64,000 bases of DNA from the NCBI GenBank assembly GCA_001768515.1, contig MEOA01000012.1:9275-73274 (forward strand), read 5' to 3'. The notes below the pieces were generated by a model, which saw nothing but the letters and a program-made list of their open reading frames with translations, searched no databases and was not told where the DNA came from. Positions 47,481 to 58,035 of the stretch are shown in pieces; positions within the stretch are counted from its first letter, which is position 1, and each line of letters starts with the position of its first letter. The DNA is from Bacteroidetes bacterium GWE2_42_24 (GTDB taxonomy: Bacteria; Bacteroidota; Bacteroidia; Bacteroidales; TTA-H9). A program made the position numbers and the translations under genes.

Positions 47481-48350
47481 TTAATGGTTAAGCGTGCCGG
47501 TGTTGATCACAGGATTGGCAGCCTTGTCAGAAGTAAGAACAACCATGAGATTAGAAACCATGGCGGCTTTCTTTTCATCATCGAGGTCCACAATCTTACG
47601 TTTCGACAGCATATCGAGAGCCATCTCAACCATTCCCACTGCACCCTCAACGATCTTCTGACGGGCAGCCACAATAGCTGTTGCCTGTTGACGTTGGAGC
47701 ATGGCACCTGCAATTTCACTGGCATAGGCCAGGTAGCTGATACGTGCCTCAATCACTTCAATACCTGCCATGGCTAACCTTTCAGCCAATTCATCCTCCA
47801 GCACCTGATTGACCTCTTCACCACCTGCACGGAGACTGATTTCGGCCTGTAAATCATCGAACACATCGTAAGGATAATGTCCTGCCAGTTTTCTGATAGC
47901 AGATTCGCTTTGAATATCAACGAAATGAGTATAATCATCAACCTCAAAAGCAGCTTTGAAAGTTTCCTTAACCCGCCATACGAGTACAATACCGATCATG
48001 ATCGGGTTCCCTAATTTGTCGTTAACCTTAATTGGATCACTGTTCAGGTTACGGGCACGAAGCGATATCTTTTTCCGGATATAAAACGGATTAACAAAAA
48101 AGAAGCCGTTGCCGGCGACTGTTCCGGTATACTTTCCAAAAAGGATCAGCACAGACGATTCATTAGGGTTCACCACCAGTAAACCGGCCAGCAGTAACAG
48201 ACCAATGACTGCCAGAACTATACCACCAATAACAAAACCTGCTATTTGCTGTAAGAGGACAGCCATGGTGATTCCTCCGCCCATAAGCACCAGAATCATG
48301 AGCAGACCTACATAACCCGACATGGGGGTTACAAATTTTTCTTGTTTCAT
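47481..48350 (-). CDS. SPFH/band 7 domain membrane protein
   Basis: 289 aa with two N-terminal TM helices followed by an SPFH core (..VVNPNESSVLILFGKY..ISLRARNLNSDPIKVNDKLGNPI..). Confidence 0.9.
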   Translation of the reverse strand: MKQEKFVTPMSGYVGLLMILVLMGGGITMAVLLQQIAGFVIGGIVLAVIGLLLLAGLLVVNPNESSVLILFGKYTGTVAGNGFFFVNPFYIRKKISLRARNLNSDPIKVNDKLGNPIMIGIVLVWRVKETFKAAFEVDDYTHFVDIQSESAIRKLAGHYPYDVFDDLQAEISLRAGGEEVNQVLEDELAERLAMAGIEVIEARISYLAYASEIAGAMLQRQQATAIVAARQKIVEGAVGMVEMALDMLSKRKIVDLDDEKKAAMVSNLMVVLTSDKAANPVINTGTLNH

Positions 48351-48511
48351 ATAAATTATAACGATTGATTAATGATATTAAAACAATATTGCAATAATAC
48401 TACAAAATGTAATTAAATACAAATTTTCAACTAACATCATTTCGAAAAAGTCCAGATTTTATGTAAAATCGGTACCTTGCAGCCACATTTTCTCGAAAAC
48501 AGTCGCGCTTT

Positions 48512-49546
48512 ATGATGTTATCTTCGATATTATTACCGTTGATTGTAGGTATGTTTCTGGCAATTAACATGGGCGGAAGCGGCACAGCACCGGCTTTTTC
48601 AGCTGCCTATGGGGCGAATGTAATCAAGCGTTTTGCGATTCCCGGATTGTTTGGGTTGTTCGTATTCTTCGGAGCCATTTTAGCGGGAAAGAAAGTAGTT
48701 CTCACTCTGGGGAAGGGACTTTTACCGGCCGATGAACTAACCCTTACAGTAACCACCATTATACTGTTATCAGTTGCCATTTCGTTGCTGATTGCCAATT
48801 TGCTCGGGGTTCCACAGAGCACCTCACAGTCGACCGTGTTCGCTCTTGCAGGCCCCGGGATACTGCTCGAAAGTCTCAACACCAGACTGCTGTTTACCGA
48901 GATCATTCCCACCTGGTTCATATTACCCATCATTTCCTTTACCCTCACCTACTTCCTGTCAGGTCGGCTTGAGAAATGGCTCGCGCATGACCTTGATTCC
49001 GGTCGCCGTTTACCGCGGTATTCGTTCACCCGGTTGATGCTGATCGCATCAGCATGTTATGTCGCCTTCAGCATCGGTTCGAACAATGTGGCTAATGCCA
49101 CCGGACCATTAGTATCGATGGTAATGAACGAATTGGCCGGAACCAATGGAGGTGAGCCGCAGTTTAAAATGATCATGGTTCTTGCTACCCTCGTGATTGC
49201 CCCCTGTTTTGGAATTGGGGCCTCGATCTTTGGGTACAGGGTCATCAGGTCAACCGGAAAAGGAATTGTCCAGTTGGGTACACGAGAAGCCACCCTTGTA
49301 TCTGTTATTACTGCGACACTGCTGCTTACGGCCTCATTGGTGAAAGGAATTCCCACTTCACTCGTGCAATTGAATGCCCTGGCCATCATGGCCATCGGGG
49401 TAAGGAAGAAAGGCCTTAATGCAATGATGGAAAACAGCACAGTTAAGAAGTTCTGGCTTGTCTGGCTTATTGCCCCGCTCGTAGCTCTCACCTTGAGTTT
49501 AACCTTCACTTACTTAGCGAACCAGGCTGGTCTTCTTGGTTACTAA
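48512..49546 (+). CDS. Inorganic phosphate transporter, PiT family
   Basis: 344 aa and polytopic, with duplicated PHO4 signatures (NMGGSGTAPAFSAAYGA and SIGSNNVANATGPL). Confidence 0.9.
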   Translation: MMLSSILLPLIVGMFLAINMGGSGTAPAFSAAYGANVIKRFAIPGLFGLFVFFGAILAGKKVVLTLGKGLLPADELTLTVTTIILLSVAISLLIANLLGVPQSTSQSTVFALAGPGILLESLNTRLLFTEIIPTWFILPIISFTLTYFLSGRLEKWLAHDLDSGRRLPRYSFTRLMLIASACYVAFSIGSNNVANATGPLVSMVMNELAGTNGGEPQFKMIMVLATLVIAPCFGIGASIFGYRVIRSTGKGIVQLGTREATLVSVITATLLLTASLVKGIPTSLVQLNALAIMAIGVRKKGLNAMMENSTVKKFWLVWLIAPLVALTLSLTFTYLANQAGLLGY

Positions 49547-49597
49547 CGCCTTCCACGACGATACTTTTTGTAACTTTGCGTCGTGGAACACAACTTC

Positions 49598-50308
49598 ATG
49601 AAACCTTTTACCCATCTTTTTTTTGATCTTGACGGAACCCTGTGGGATTTTGAACGCAATTCAACAGAAACCCTCTATGAGTTATACCATGAATTGGATT
49701 TGCAGACTACAGGGGTTCCCGAATTTACCATTTTCTTTAGCGATTACCACCTGATTAACGAAAATCTGTGGACTGCCTACAAACGACATGAGATCACCAA
49801 AGAGTTGCTCTCCATCGGCCGGTTCGTTCAAACACTGGCGCTTTATGGGATTAACGATGAGAATCTGGCCATGCGTATGTCGCGTCTTTACATTGAGCGA
49901 AGTCCCTCGAAGACCAATTTACTACCATGCGTCAACGAAGTTCTTGAGGCCCTAAAGCCTCATTACAGGATGCACATCATCACCAATGGCTTCTCAGAGA
50001 TACAAAGCCGCAAACTTCGAATCTGCGGCCTCGACCGCTACTTTGATACACTGATTACATCCGATGAAGCAGGTGTAAACAAACCTAACCCGGCCATTTT
50101 CGACTATGCTCTGAAAAAAGCAGGGGCGGATGCAGCTGAAAGTTTAATGATTGGCGACGAGCCAGAAGCCGATATTGAGGGTGCCCGGTTGGCAGGAATC
50201 GCCCAGCTATATATCAATCTGAACGATAAGCCAACCATACAACCTCCCACCTTTGAGGTGAAGAGTTTGTGTGAGACATTGAAAATATTGTCAACAAGCC
50301 TCTCCTGA
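49598..50308 (+). CDS. HAD-IA hydrolase, YjjG-like nucleotidase family
   Basis: From ATG 49598. Motif I is FFDLDGTLWD, motif II is IITNG and motifs III/IV are K...GDEPEADIEGA. Confidence 0.85.
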   Translation: MKPFTHLFFDLDGTLWDFERNSTETLYELYHELDLQTTGVPEFTIFFSDYHLINENLWTAYKRHEITKELLSIGRFVQTLALYGINDENLAMRMSRLYIERSPSKTNLLPCVNEVLEALKPHYRMHIITNGFSEIQSRKLRICGLDRYFDTLITSDEAGVNKPNPAIFDYALKKAGADAAESLMIGDEPEADIEGARLAGIAQLYINLNDKPTIQPPTFEVKSLCETLKILSTSLS

Positions 50309-50309
50309 T

Positions 50310-51035
50310 ATGCAATTGTTCTTCCTCCCCCATCTCAATCCGGAAGCGATTCAAGCACAAAAGATTGAATTTACATTCGACGAAAATGAGTCACGTCATA
50401 TCGCCAAGTCGATGCGACTGAAACCAGGTGATGTTCTCAACATTACCGATGGTGCAGGCTTCCTTTACAAAGGCGTAATTGAAGAAGCCGATCAGCGGCA
50501 AACGAGGGTATGGATATCTGAACCACATGCCGACAAACGTTTGCTAACAAACAAATTACACATTGCCATCGCCCCGACTAAAAACCCCGACAGGATTGAA
50601 TGGTTTGTTGAGAAAGCCACCGAGATGGGGGTTGATGAGATCAGCCTCCTTAGCTGTGAGCACTCTGAACGATCGCGGTTAAAAACAGAAAGACTCGAAC
50701 GGATTGCCATTGCAGCCCTTAAGCAATCGGGCAGGAGTCGTTTACCATTGCTTCACGAAACAGTTGATTTCGAACGATTTTTACAGCAGAAGTACGCCGG
50801 AGAAAAATACATTGCCTGGTGTGAAACAGATGTGGAAGAACATCTGCTGCACAAAATAAAAAAGGGAACCGATGTAATTGTGCTTATCGGACCCGAAGGC
50901 GACTTCAGCAAAGAGGAGGCCGATGCAGCTATAGCTGCTGGTTACCAACCGGTAAGTCTGGGTCGGTTTACCCTTAGAACAGAGACAGCCGGCTTGACAG
51001 CCTGCATGTTGTTTCACCAGGCCAATCTGGAATAA
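50310..51035 (+). CDS. rsmE: 16S rRNA (uracil1498-N3)-methyltransferase
   Basis: 241 aa with a PUA-like N-terminus and a SPOUT C-terminus (..ERSRLKTERLERIAIAALKQSGRS.., LIGPEGDFSKEE, LGRFTLRTETAG). Confidence 0.9.
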   Translation: MQLFFLPHLNPEAIQAQKIEFTFDENESRHIAKSMRLKPGDVLNITDGAGFLYKGVIEEADQRQTRVWISEPHADKRLLTNKLHIAIAPTKNPDRIEWFVEKATEMGVDEISLLSCEHSERSRLKTERLERIAIAALKQSGRSRLPLLHETVDFERFLQQKYAGEKYIAWCETDVEEHLLHKIKKGTDVIVLIGPEGDFSKEEADAAIAAGYQPVSLGRFTLRTETAGLTACMLFHQANLE

Positions 51036-51037
51036 CC

Positions 51038-51745
51038 ATGAAATATTTAGCATCACTTTTCATTGGCTTAATGGCCATTACGAGCCTGTCGGCACAGACC
51101 AGAAACAACGTTACTCAGGCCACTTACTCCATTGCCTTGCTGAAATATGCAGGTGGTGGCGACTGGTATGCAAATCCCACATCATTGCCCAACCTGATTA
51201 AATTTTGCAACGAAACGCTCAACACCGGTATCAATACGACCCCGGCCACTGTTGAACCGGGAGACCCGGGTATTGGGGCATATCCTTTTGTTCACTTAAC
51301 CGGCCATGGGAATGTGGTCTTTAATGATGCAGAGGCCACCAACTTGCGCAATTACCTCATCGGGGGGGGATTTCTTCACATCGACGACAATTACGGTTTG
51401 GATCAGTATATCAGTCCACAAATGAAAAAAGTCTTTCCAGAACTCGAATTCATACCCCTGCCACCAACCCATCAACTGTTTAGTCAGCCCTTCAGGTTCC
51501 CGAAAGGTTTGCCGAAAATCCATGAGCACGACAATAAGCCCCCCCAGGCCTTTGCCCTGATATACAACGGCCGGATTGTTTGTCTCTATACTTATGAAAC
51601 CGATCTGGGTGATGGATGGGAAGACCCCGAAGTGCACCACGACACCAAAGAAAAACATCTCGATGCCCTGCGTATGGGCGCCAATATCGTTCAGTTTGTA
51701 TTTAATGGCGAAACTACTGAACAGATCATGACAGAAAAACTGTAA
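51038..51745 (+). CDS. DUF4159 domain-containing protein
   Basis: Has a signal peptide, and LLKYAGGGDWYANPTSLPNLIKFCNE is typical of DUF4159. It starts 2 nt after the rsmE stop. Confidence 0.8.
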   Translation: MKYLASLFIGLMAITSLSAQTRNNVTQATYSIALLKYAGGGDWYANPTSLPNLIKFCNETLNTGINTTPATVEPGDPGIGAYPFVHLTGHGNVVFNDAEATNLRNYLIGGGFLHIDDNYGLDQYISPQMKKVFPELEFIPLPPTHQLFSQPFRFPKGLPKIHEHDNKPPQAFALIYNGRIVCLYTYETDLGDGWEDPEVHHDTKEKHLDALRMGANIVQFVFNGETTEQIMTEKL

Positions 51746-51763
51746 TCCTTATTCCTCGTAAAA

Positions 51764-53860
51764 ATGTTGTTCCAAAATCCTGCCTTTCTATATGCTCTGC
51801 CGGCCATGTTAATCCCGGTCATAGTTCACCTGTTCAGTTTCAGGCGATACAGAAAGATATTATTCAGCAATGTCAGGATGTTGCAGGCCATTCAGGTAGA
51901 GACAAGGCGGCAGTCAAAGGTCAGGCACTGGCTGGTTCTGGCAGCCCGTATGCTGGCAATCGGAGCACTGGCATTGGCCTTTGCCCGTCCCTATTTCCCT
52001 GACAAACAAAAGGCACAACCAACCGGGCAGTACACAGTGGTGAGCATATTCATCGACAACTCCTTTAGCATGGCCAATGAGAGTGAACGCGGAATGCTAT
52101 TTGAGCAGGCCAGAATAAAGGCTATTGAGATGGTTGCAGCCTGGCCTCCCACTACCCGGTTCAGGATATTGACAAACGATTTTTCATATCGCAGTCAGCA
52201 GACCATGAGTCAGGAACAAGCCAGAATGTACATCACCACGTTGGAATTATCGGCAGCTTCGCACACCCTGAGTCAGGTGTTGATCAGGCAACATGAAGCC
52301 AACAATGCAAACGACAGAAACTTCGCCTTTATCTTTTCCGATTTCCAGAAAGGATTTTGCGATTTGAGCAACATTACACCCGATTCCATATCGCGCACCG
52401 TCCTGATTCCCTTACCACCTGCTTTGACCGGAAATATTGTCATCGATAGTTGTCGTTTTGCTTCTCCTGCCCTACAGACAGGTAAGCAACTTCAACTCAT
52501 CGTTACTCTTTCGAATCATGGCACCGAAACGATCGAGAACCTTCCGCTTCGGCTGATCATCAACAAACAGCAAAAATCGACGATTAACCTCAGCATCCAA
52601 CCGGGAGAAACTAAAGAAACCACGCTTCCTTTCATGCTCACTGAACCCGGCTTCTATCAGGCGATCGTTGAAACAGATGATCAGCCTATCACATTTGATA
52701 ATCGCTATTTCATGGCCTTCAATCTGACTGGAGAAATCAATCTGTTGCATATCACTCAGAAAACGCCCGAGCGGTGGATCAAGGCTCTGTTCGACGGTGA
52801 CTCCACCATCAACCTTCAGCAGAAACAATATACTGAACTCGATTACTCGAACATCCCAAATCAAAACCTGATTCTCGTCGATGGACTTGAACAGATTCCC
52901 CAGGGGCTCAGTATTGCATTGAAAGAATTTGCACTTCAGGGAGGGACCCTTTGGATCAGTCCATCCGCCAATGGGCAACCCGATGCGCTTAACAGCCTTC
53001 TGACCTCACTCGGTACCGATTACCTCATGCCTGCCGACACTGTAATGGCTCGCGTTGATCGCATCAATCAACAGGCGGATTTATACCGCGATGTATTTGA
53101 ATCGGTTCCACAAAATGCCGACCTCCCCATTATAAGGAAATTCTTTCCGCTGGCTACTTCAGTCAAAAAGCAGGCAGAGACGCTCTTGTGGCTTCAAAAT
53201 GGACAAGCCTTGCTAACGTATTATACGCTGGGTTCTGGTGGTGTATACCTCTTCAATGCCCCCCTGAGCCAGGCCGGTGGAAATTTCGTCACCCACGACC
53301 TGATGGTTCCCACCTTATACAATGCCGCCTATCTTAGTATTAAACCAGGGACAATAAGCCATCAGGTAATGAAAGAAACTGCGCTGCGACTAACCGGGAC
53401 GCCTGAGGAAGGTTCCCTGAAAATAAGCAAAGAGGATGGGACTGACGAACGGATCCCCGCCGTAAGGACTTCGGCTTACACAACAGAAGTATATACGGGG
53501 GCAGACATTACGACAGCCGGGTTTTACAAGTTAACTTCTGCAGGGGTCATATTAAAACCCCTGGCTTTTAATTATCAACGCGCTGAATCAGCACCACTGT
53601 TTCTCTCGGCAGGGGAATTACAGACAGCCATTGGGTTGGCAGGCCTTCCGGGCATGACTGTTGCACTCAATCCTGAACTTCCTGCCACCAGCATCATTGC
53701 CATAACCACAGAAACACAGGATTTTTGGAAATTTTTCATTCTCGCTGCTTTGATATTCCTTGCCTTAGAAGTAATTTTGCTTCGGCTTCCGGATCATTGG
53801 TTTTATAACAGGAGACAGAAGACAACCAAGGGATCTTCAAACGGAAAATCAATACATTAA
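51764..53860 (+). CDS. BatA-N (N-terminal double-TM, aerotolerance-related) domain protein
   Basis: 698 aa. MLFQNPAFLYALPAMLIPVIVHLFSFRRYRKILFSNVRML matches the TIGR02226-type N-terminal domain. There is also a C-terminal TM segment. Confidence 0.7.
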   Translation: MLFQNPAFLYALPAMLIPVIVHLFSFRRYRKILFSNVRMLQAIQVETRRQSKVRHWLVLAARMLAIGALALAFARPYFPDKQKAQPTGQYTVVSIFIDNSFSMANESERGMLFEQARIKAIEMVAAWPPTTRFRILTNDFSYRSQQTMSQEQARMYITTLELSAASHTLSQVLIRQHEANNANDRNFAFIFSDFQKGFCDLSNITPDSISRTVLIPLPPALTGNIVIDSCRFASPALQTGKQLQLIVTLSNHGTETIENLPLRLIINKQQKSTINLSIQPGETKETTLPFMLTEPGFYQAIVETDDQPITFDNRYFMAFNLTGEINLLHITQKTPERWIKALFDGDSTINLQQKQYTELDYSNIPNQNLILVDGLEQIPQGLSIALKEFALQGGTLWISPSANGQPDALNSLLTSLGTDYLMPADTVMARVDRINQQADLYRDVFESVPQNADLPIIRKFFPLATSVKKQAETLLWLQNGQALLTYYTLGSGGVYLFNAPLSQAGGNFVTHDLMVPTLYNAAYLSIKPGTISHQVMKETALRLTGTPEEGSLKISKEDGTDERIPAVRTSAYTTEVYTGADITTAGFYKLTSAGVILKPLAFNYQRAESAPLFLSAGELQTAIGLAGLPGMTVALNPELPATSIIAITTETQDFWKFFILAALIFLALEVILLRLPDHWFYNRRQKTTKGSSNGKSIH

Positions 53861-53876
53861 AATATAAAAGCATCAA

Positions 53877-55079
53877 ATGCATCACAAGGTAAAACTGTCA
53901 GAAAATGTTTACTGGATCGGCGTAAACGACCGCCGTACACACCTCTTCGAAAATCAATGGCCATTGCCTAACGGGGTGGCTTATAACAGCTATCTTATTT
54001 GTGACAAAAAAAACTGTCTGGTTGATACCGTTGAGATTAGCCGGATGGAAACCTACATCGAAAAAATCAAAGAGATTGTTGGTGAAGATGGGAAAATTGA
54101 CTACCTGATCATTAACCACATGGAACCTGACCACACCGGTGCTGTTAAATCGGTGGTCAGTGAATGGCCTGATGTTCAGATCGTAGGCAATGCAAAGACT
54201 TTCCCAATGCTTGAGGGATTTTACGGAATCAATAAAAATCTCTATGCTGTTGACGAAGGAGACCTCCTCGATCTGGGTCACCACAAACTCCATTTTTACC
54301 TTACGCCCATGGTTCACTGGCCTGAAACCATGATGACCTATGAGTCGACGCAAAAAATTCTCTTCTCGGCTGATGCTTTTGGAAGTTTCGGAACGCTTGA
54401 TGGCGGGATATTCGATGATGAGATCAACCTTGATTTCTACAACGAGGAGCTTCGCCGTTATTACAGCAATATTGTCGGCAAATATGGCCTTCAGGTTCAA
54501 AAGGCAATGGATAAGCTAGCCTCACTCGATATCAAACTGATTGCCTCGACTCACGGCCCCATTTGGCGCAGCCACATACCGAAGATCATTGCAGATTACC
54601 AAAAATGGAGCAACTACGAGACAGAGGAAGGGGTGGTAATCGTTTTTGGTTCAATGTATGGCAATACCGAAAAAATGGCCGAGGTTATTGCCCGCACCCT
54701 CTCTGAAGAAGGAATCCGGGATATCCGGATCTTCGACTCTTCAAAAACCCACAGCAGCTATATCATCAATGCGATCTGGAAATACCGTGGTGTTATACTG
54801 GGCAGCAGCGCCTATAATGGTGGAATCTTCACCCCCATGCGCGATCTCATCAGGGAACTTGAGCACATCATGCCCAAGAATCACTTGCTTGGCATCTTCG
54901 GATCGATGAGTTGGGGTGGCGGAGGCGTAAGAACACTAGAAAAATTTGCCGAAACCATCAAGTGGGAAATCGTAGCTCCTGCCGTTGAAGCCAAACACGC
55001 TGCCAGGGAAGCCGACATTGACAAGTTGGTAAACATTGGGCGGGAAATGGCCCTCAGGCTCAAAGAATTCAGAAATTAA
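53877..55079 (+). CDS. FprA-family A-type flavodiiron protein (metallo-beta-lactamase-like + flavodoxin domains)
   Basis: 400 aa. The di-iron motif is INHMEPDHTG, and the flavodoxin-like C-terminus is VVIVFGSMYGNTEKMAEVIA. Confidence 0.85.
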   Translation: MHHKVKLSENVYWIGVNDRRTHLFENQWPLPNGVAYNSYLICDKKNCLVDTVEISRMETYIEKIKEIVGEDGKIDYLIINHMEPDHTGAVKSVVSEWPDVQIVGNAKTFPMLEGFYGINKNLYAVDEGDLLDLGHHKLHFYLTPMVHWPETMMTYESTQKILFSADAFGSFGTLDGGIFDDEINLDFYNEELRRYYSNIVGKYGLQVQKAMDKLASLDIKLIASTHGPIWRSHIPKIIADYQKWSNYETEEGVVIVFGSMYGNTEKMAEVIARTLSEEGIRDIRIFDSSKTHSSYIINAIWKYRGVILGSSAYNGGIFTPMRDLIRELEHIMPKNHLLGIFGSMSWGGGGVRTLEKFAETIKWEIVAPAVEAKHAAREADIDKLVNIGREMALRLKEFRN

Positions 55080-55098
55080 AGGTTACACAACACCCAAC

Positions 55099-57774
55099 AT
55101 GCCAGACGACGAACTCAGGCCCGAAGAGCTATCCCAAGAAAGCGGAAAGCTGACCGGGTCAGATGCACAGGAAAAGAGTGCCGATACCGGAGAATACAAA
55201 ACCATTGCGCTAAGGGGAATGTACGAGAACTGGTTTCTCGACTATGCCTCATACGTGATTCTGGAACGAGCCGTACCCGAAATGCTCGACGGGCTCAAAC
55301 CTGTTCAACGTCGTATTCTGCATGCGATGAAGGAACTCGATGATGGCCGATACAACAAAGTGGCCAACATCATCGGGCACACAATGAAATATCACCCGCA
55401 TGGTGATGCTTCCATTGGCGACGCCCTCGTTCAATTGGGGCAAAAAGACCTGCTGATTGATATGCAGGGAAACTGGGGGAACATCCTGACAGGAGATAGT
55501 GCTGCCGCACCAAGATACATTGAAGCCCGGCTTTCAAAATTCGCCAACGAAGTTGTTTTCAATCCGAAAACCACAACATGGAAATCGAGTTATGACGGCC
55601 GTAACCAAGAACCTGTCAATCTGCCTGTAAAATTCCCATTATTACTTTTCCAGGGCGTTGAAGGGATTGCCGTAGGCTTGTCGTCGAAGATTATGCCCCA
55701 CAACTTCAACGAATTGATTGATGCTGCCATTGCACACCTGCGTGGTGAAGACTTTGAACTTTACCCTGACTTTATTACCGGGGGACTCGTTGATGTTACG
55801 CGTTACAATGCAGGATTAAGGAGCGGGAAGTTAAGAATCAGGGCCAAGATAAGCCAACTTGACAAGAAAACCCTCGTCATTTCCGAGATCCCGTTTGGCG
55901 TAAATACCACCACGCTGATCGACAGCATTCTGAAAGCAACCGACAGGGGTAAGATAAAAATCAGAAAAATAGACGACAATACTGCCGCCAACGTTGAAAT
56001 TCTGATTCATCTGGCACCCGGAGTATCCCCTGATGTCACTATTGATGCACTCTATGCCTTCACAGATTGTGAGATCAGCGAATCGCCAAACGCCTGTGTT
56101 ATTCATCAAGGCAAACCAATTTTTACCGATGTTAAACATATCCTGAGGGAAACGACCCAACAAACTGTTGAACTGCTCAGGCAGGAACTCCAGATCAGAC
56201 TCGATGAACTGGATCAGGAATGGCATGTCTCATCGCTGGAAAAGATTTTCATAGAACATGAAATCTACCTCGACATCCGGAAATCACAATCGTATGAAGA
56301 AGCTTTACGCAGTATTGATATCGGACTCGATCCATACAAATCAATACTTCGCCGAAAAGTAACCCGACCCGATATTGAAAGGCTGACTGAAATAAGAATT
56401 AAACGGATCTCGGCTTATAACACCTTCAAAGCAGAAGAACACATTCGTGATCTTGACAGTGAAATGGAAGAGGTAAAAAATCATCTGGAACACTTGATTG
56501 ATTACACAATTAACTATTACAAACAGATAAAGAAAAAATACGGTGTTGGCAGAGAACGCAAAACCGAAATCCGAAATTTTGATAATATTGAAGCCGCAAC
56601 CGTCGCTGTAGCCAATCAAAAACTGTATGTAAACCGGGAAGAAGGTTTCATCGGAACATCTCTGAAAAAAGATGAATTCGTATGCGATTGCAGTGATATT
56701 GACGACCTGATCGTTTTCCGTCAGAATGCGACATTCATTGTAACCAAGGTGGCCGAGAAAGTTTTTGTAGGAGAAGGAATTCTGCATGTAGATATTTTCA
56801 GGCGAAATGACGAACGCACCATCTACAACATGGTTTATCAGGACGGCAAAAACGGGCTGGCGTTTGTGAAGCGGTTTGCTGTTCTCGGCATTACACGTGA
56901 CAAGGATTACGATCTCTCGCAGGGAAAAGCTGGCAGCCGGGTACTCTATTTTACAGCCAATCCCAATGGAGAGGCTGAGGTTTTAAAGGTAAACCTGAGA
57001 CCCCGACCTAACCTGCGCAAATTATCGTTTGAGTACGATTTTGCTGCCCTTGCCATCAAAACCCGCTCTGCCAGAGGAAATACCCTTTCGAAATACATTG
57101 TACGCAACGTTCAGCAGAAAGAAAATGGTGTATCAACCCTCCGCGCACGAAGCATCTGGTATGATGACAGCGTAATGCGACTCAATGCCGATGCAAGAGG
57201 ACGCCTGTTGGGTGAATTTGAATCAGATGACCGGATTATTGTCATCAACGCATCCGGACACTTCCGGTTCTATGGTTACGATTTGTCAACTCATTTTGAT
57301 GACGATATGCTTATCATGGAAAAGTATGATCCTGACAAAATCATCACGGCGCTCTACATTGAGGGTAAATCGGGGCAGATATATCTGAAACGTTTCCAAC
57401 CCGAAGTAACAGAGCGTAAAACGACATTTCTTGGTGAGGAACCTGATTCAAAACTTTTAGCCGTTTCACTCGATTACCTGCCTCAGCTAAAGGTGATCTT
57501 CGATGGAAAATTGAACCCAAAGGCTCAGTCTCCCGAGGTGATAAACGTTTCAGAATTCACCGAAATTAAAAACGTTAAAGCCAAAGGAAGGAAAATCTCC
57601 AATCTGGCCATCTCACGCGTAAACTTCATTGAACCACTTCCTTACGAACCACCCATTCCTGAAGAACAGGAAATTGATGGGCAAGAAGAGGAACGGGAGG
57701 AATCAGACAAACTGTCGAGCGAAAAAAAACCGAAAGCAGACGATGGCACCCTGACGCTTGATTTCGAGGATTAA
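55099..57774 (+). CDS. parC: DNA topoisomerase IV subunit A-like (type IIA topoisomerase A subunit)
   Basis: From ATG 55099. It contains FLDYASYVILERAVPEMLDGLKPVQRRILHAM, KYHPHGDASI and the active-site Tyr region AAPRYIEARL. I saw no GyrA-box (QRRGGKG), which favours ParC over GyrA. Confidence 0.8.
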   Translation: MPDDELRPEELSQESGKLTGSDAQEKSADTGEYKTIALRGMYENWFLDYASYVILERAVPEMLDGLKPVQRRILHAMKELDDGRYNKVANIIGHTMKYHPHGDASIGDALVQLGQKDLLIDMQGNWGNILTGDSAAAPRYIEARLSKFANEVVFNPKTTTWKSSYDGRNQEPVNLPVKFPLLLFQGVEGIAVGLSSKIMPHNFNELIDAAIAHLRGEDFELYPDFITGGLVDVTRYNAGLRSGKLRIRAKISQLDKKTLVISEIPFGVNTTTLIDSILKATDRGKIKIRKIDDNTAANVEILIHLAPGVSPDVTIDALYAFTDCEISESPNACVIHQGKPIFTDVKHILRETTQQTVELLRQELQIRLDELDQEWHVSSLEKIFIEHEIYLDIRKSQSYEEALRSIDIGLDPYKSILRRKVTRPDIERLTEIRIKRISAYNTFKAEEHIRDLDSEMEEVKNHLEHLIDYTINYYKQIKKKYGVGRERKTEIRNFDNIEAATVAVANQKLYVNREEGFIGTSLKKDEFVCDCSDIDDLIVFRQNATFIVTKVAEKVFVGEGILHVDIFRRNDERTIYNMVYQDGKNGLAFVKRFAVLGITRDKDYDLSQGKAGSRVLYFTANPNGEAEVLKVNLRPRPNLRKLSFEYDFAALAIKTRSARGNTLSKYIVRNVQQKENGVSTLRARSIWYDDSVMRLNADARGRLLGEFESDDRIIVINASGHFRFYGYDLSTHFDDDMLIMEKYDPDKIITALYIEGKSGQIYLKRFQPEVTERKTTFLGEEPDSKLLAVSLDYLPQLKVIFDGKLNPKAQSPEVINVSEFTEIKNVKAKGRKISNLAISRVNFIEPLPYEPPIPEEQEIDGQEEEREESDKLSSEKKPKADDGTLTLDFED

Positions 57775-58035
57775 CGCTTAAAAACATCGCTGGTTTTCCC
57801 ATAATAATTATCAAAACAAGTTTATCCGTTCTGATCAGATTTTACCAATAGACACACTCCTTGTTGTCGCTATTTAGTATAAAGCCATTAAGGAGATCCC
57901 GCCTGACTCGTTTTCAACATTTAGTGATCCCTTTCAACGCCGGTTCACGAAAGATTTTTACTTTTGCACTGCCATAGCGAAAATGCTTTGACACTAAACT
58001 CAATAACACCAATCCTCACAATAAAATACACTTAA

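Noticed and set aside
53898-54500. A 200-aa ORF antisense to the flavodiiron gene. Similar long antisense ORFs are 8202..8642 (in cysS), 37616..38068 (in USP), 52472..52978, 56341..56787, 49057..49509 and 21541..21990.
   Set aside because: All lie fully inside well-supported genes on the opposite strand. Their translations are low-complexity or odd in composition, and none has recognisable motifs. These are typical shadow ORFs.
57775-58035. Looked for a glycine riboswitch in the 260-nt leader of gcvP.
   Set aside because: I found no GGAGAG...CCGAAGG(G/A)GCAA-type aptamer core, only an unrelated GGAGATCCCGCC. An Infernal scan with the glycine riboswitch model would be the definitive check.
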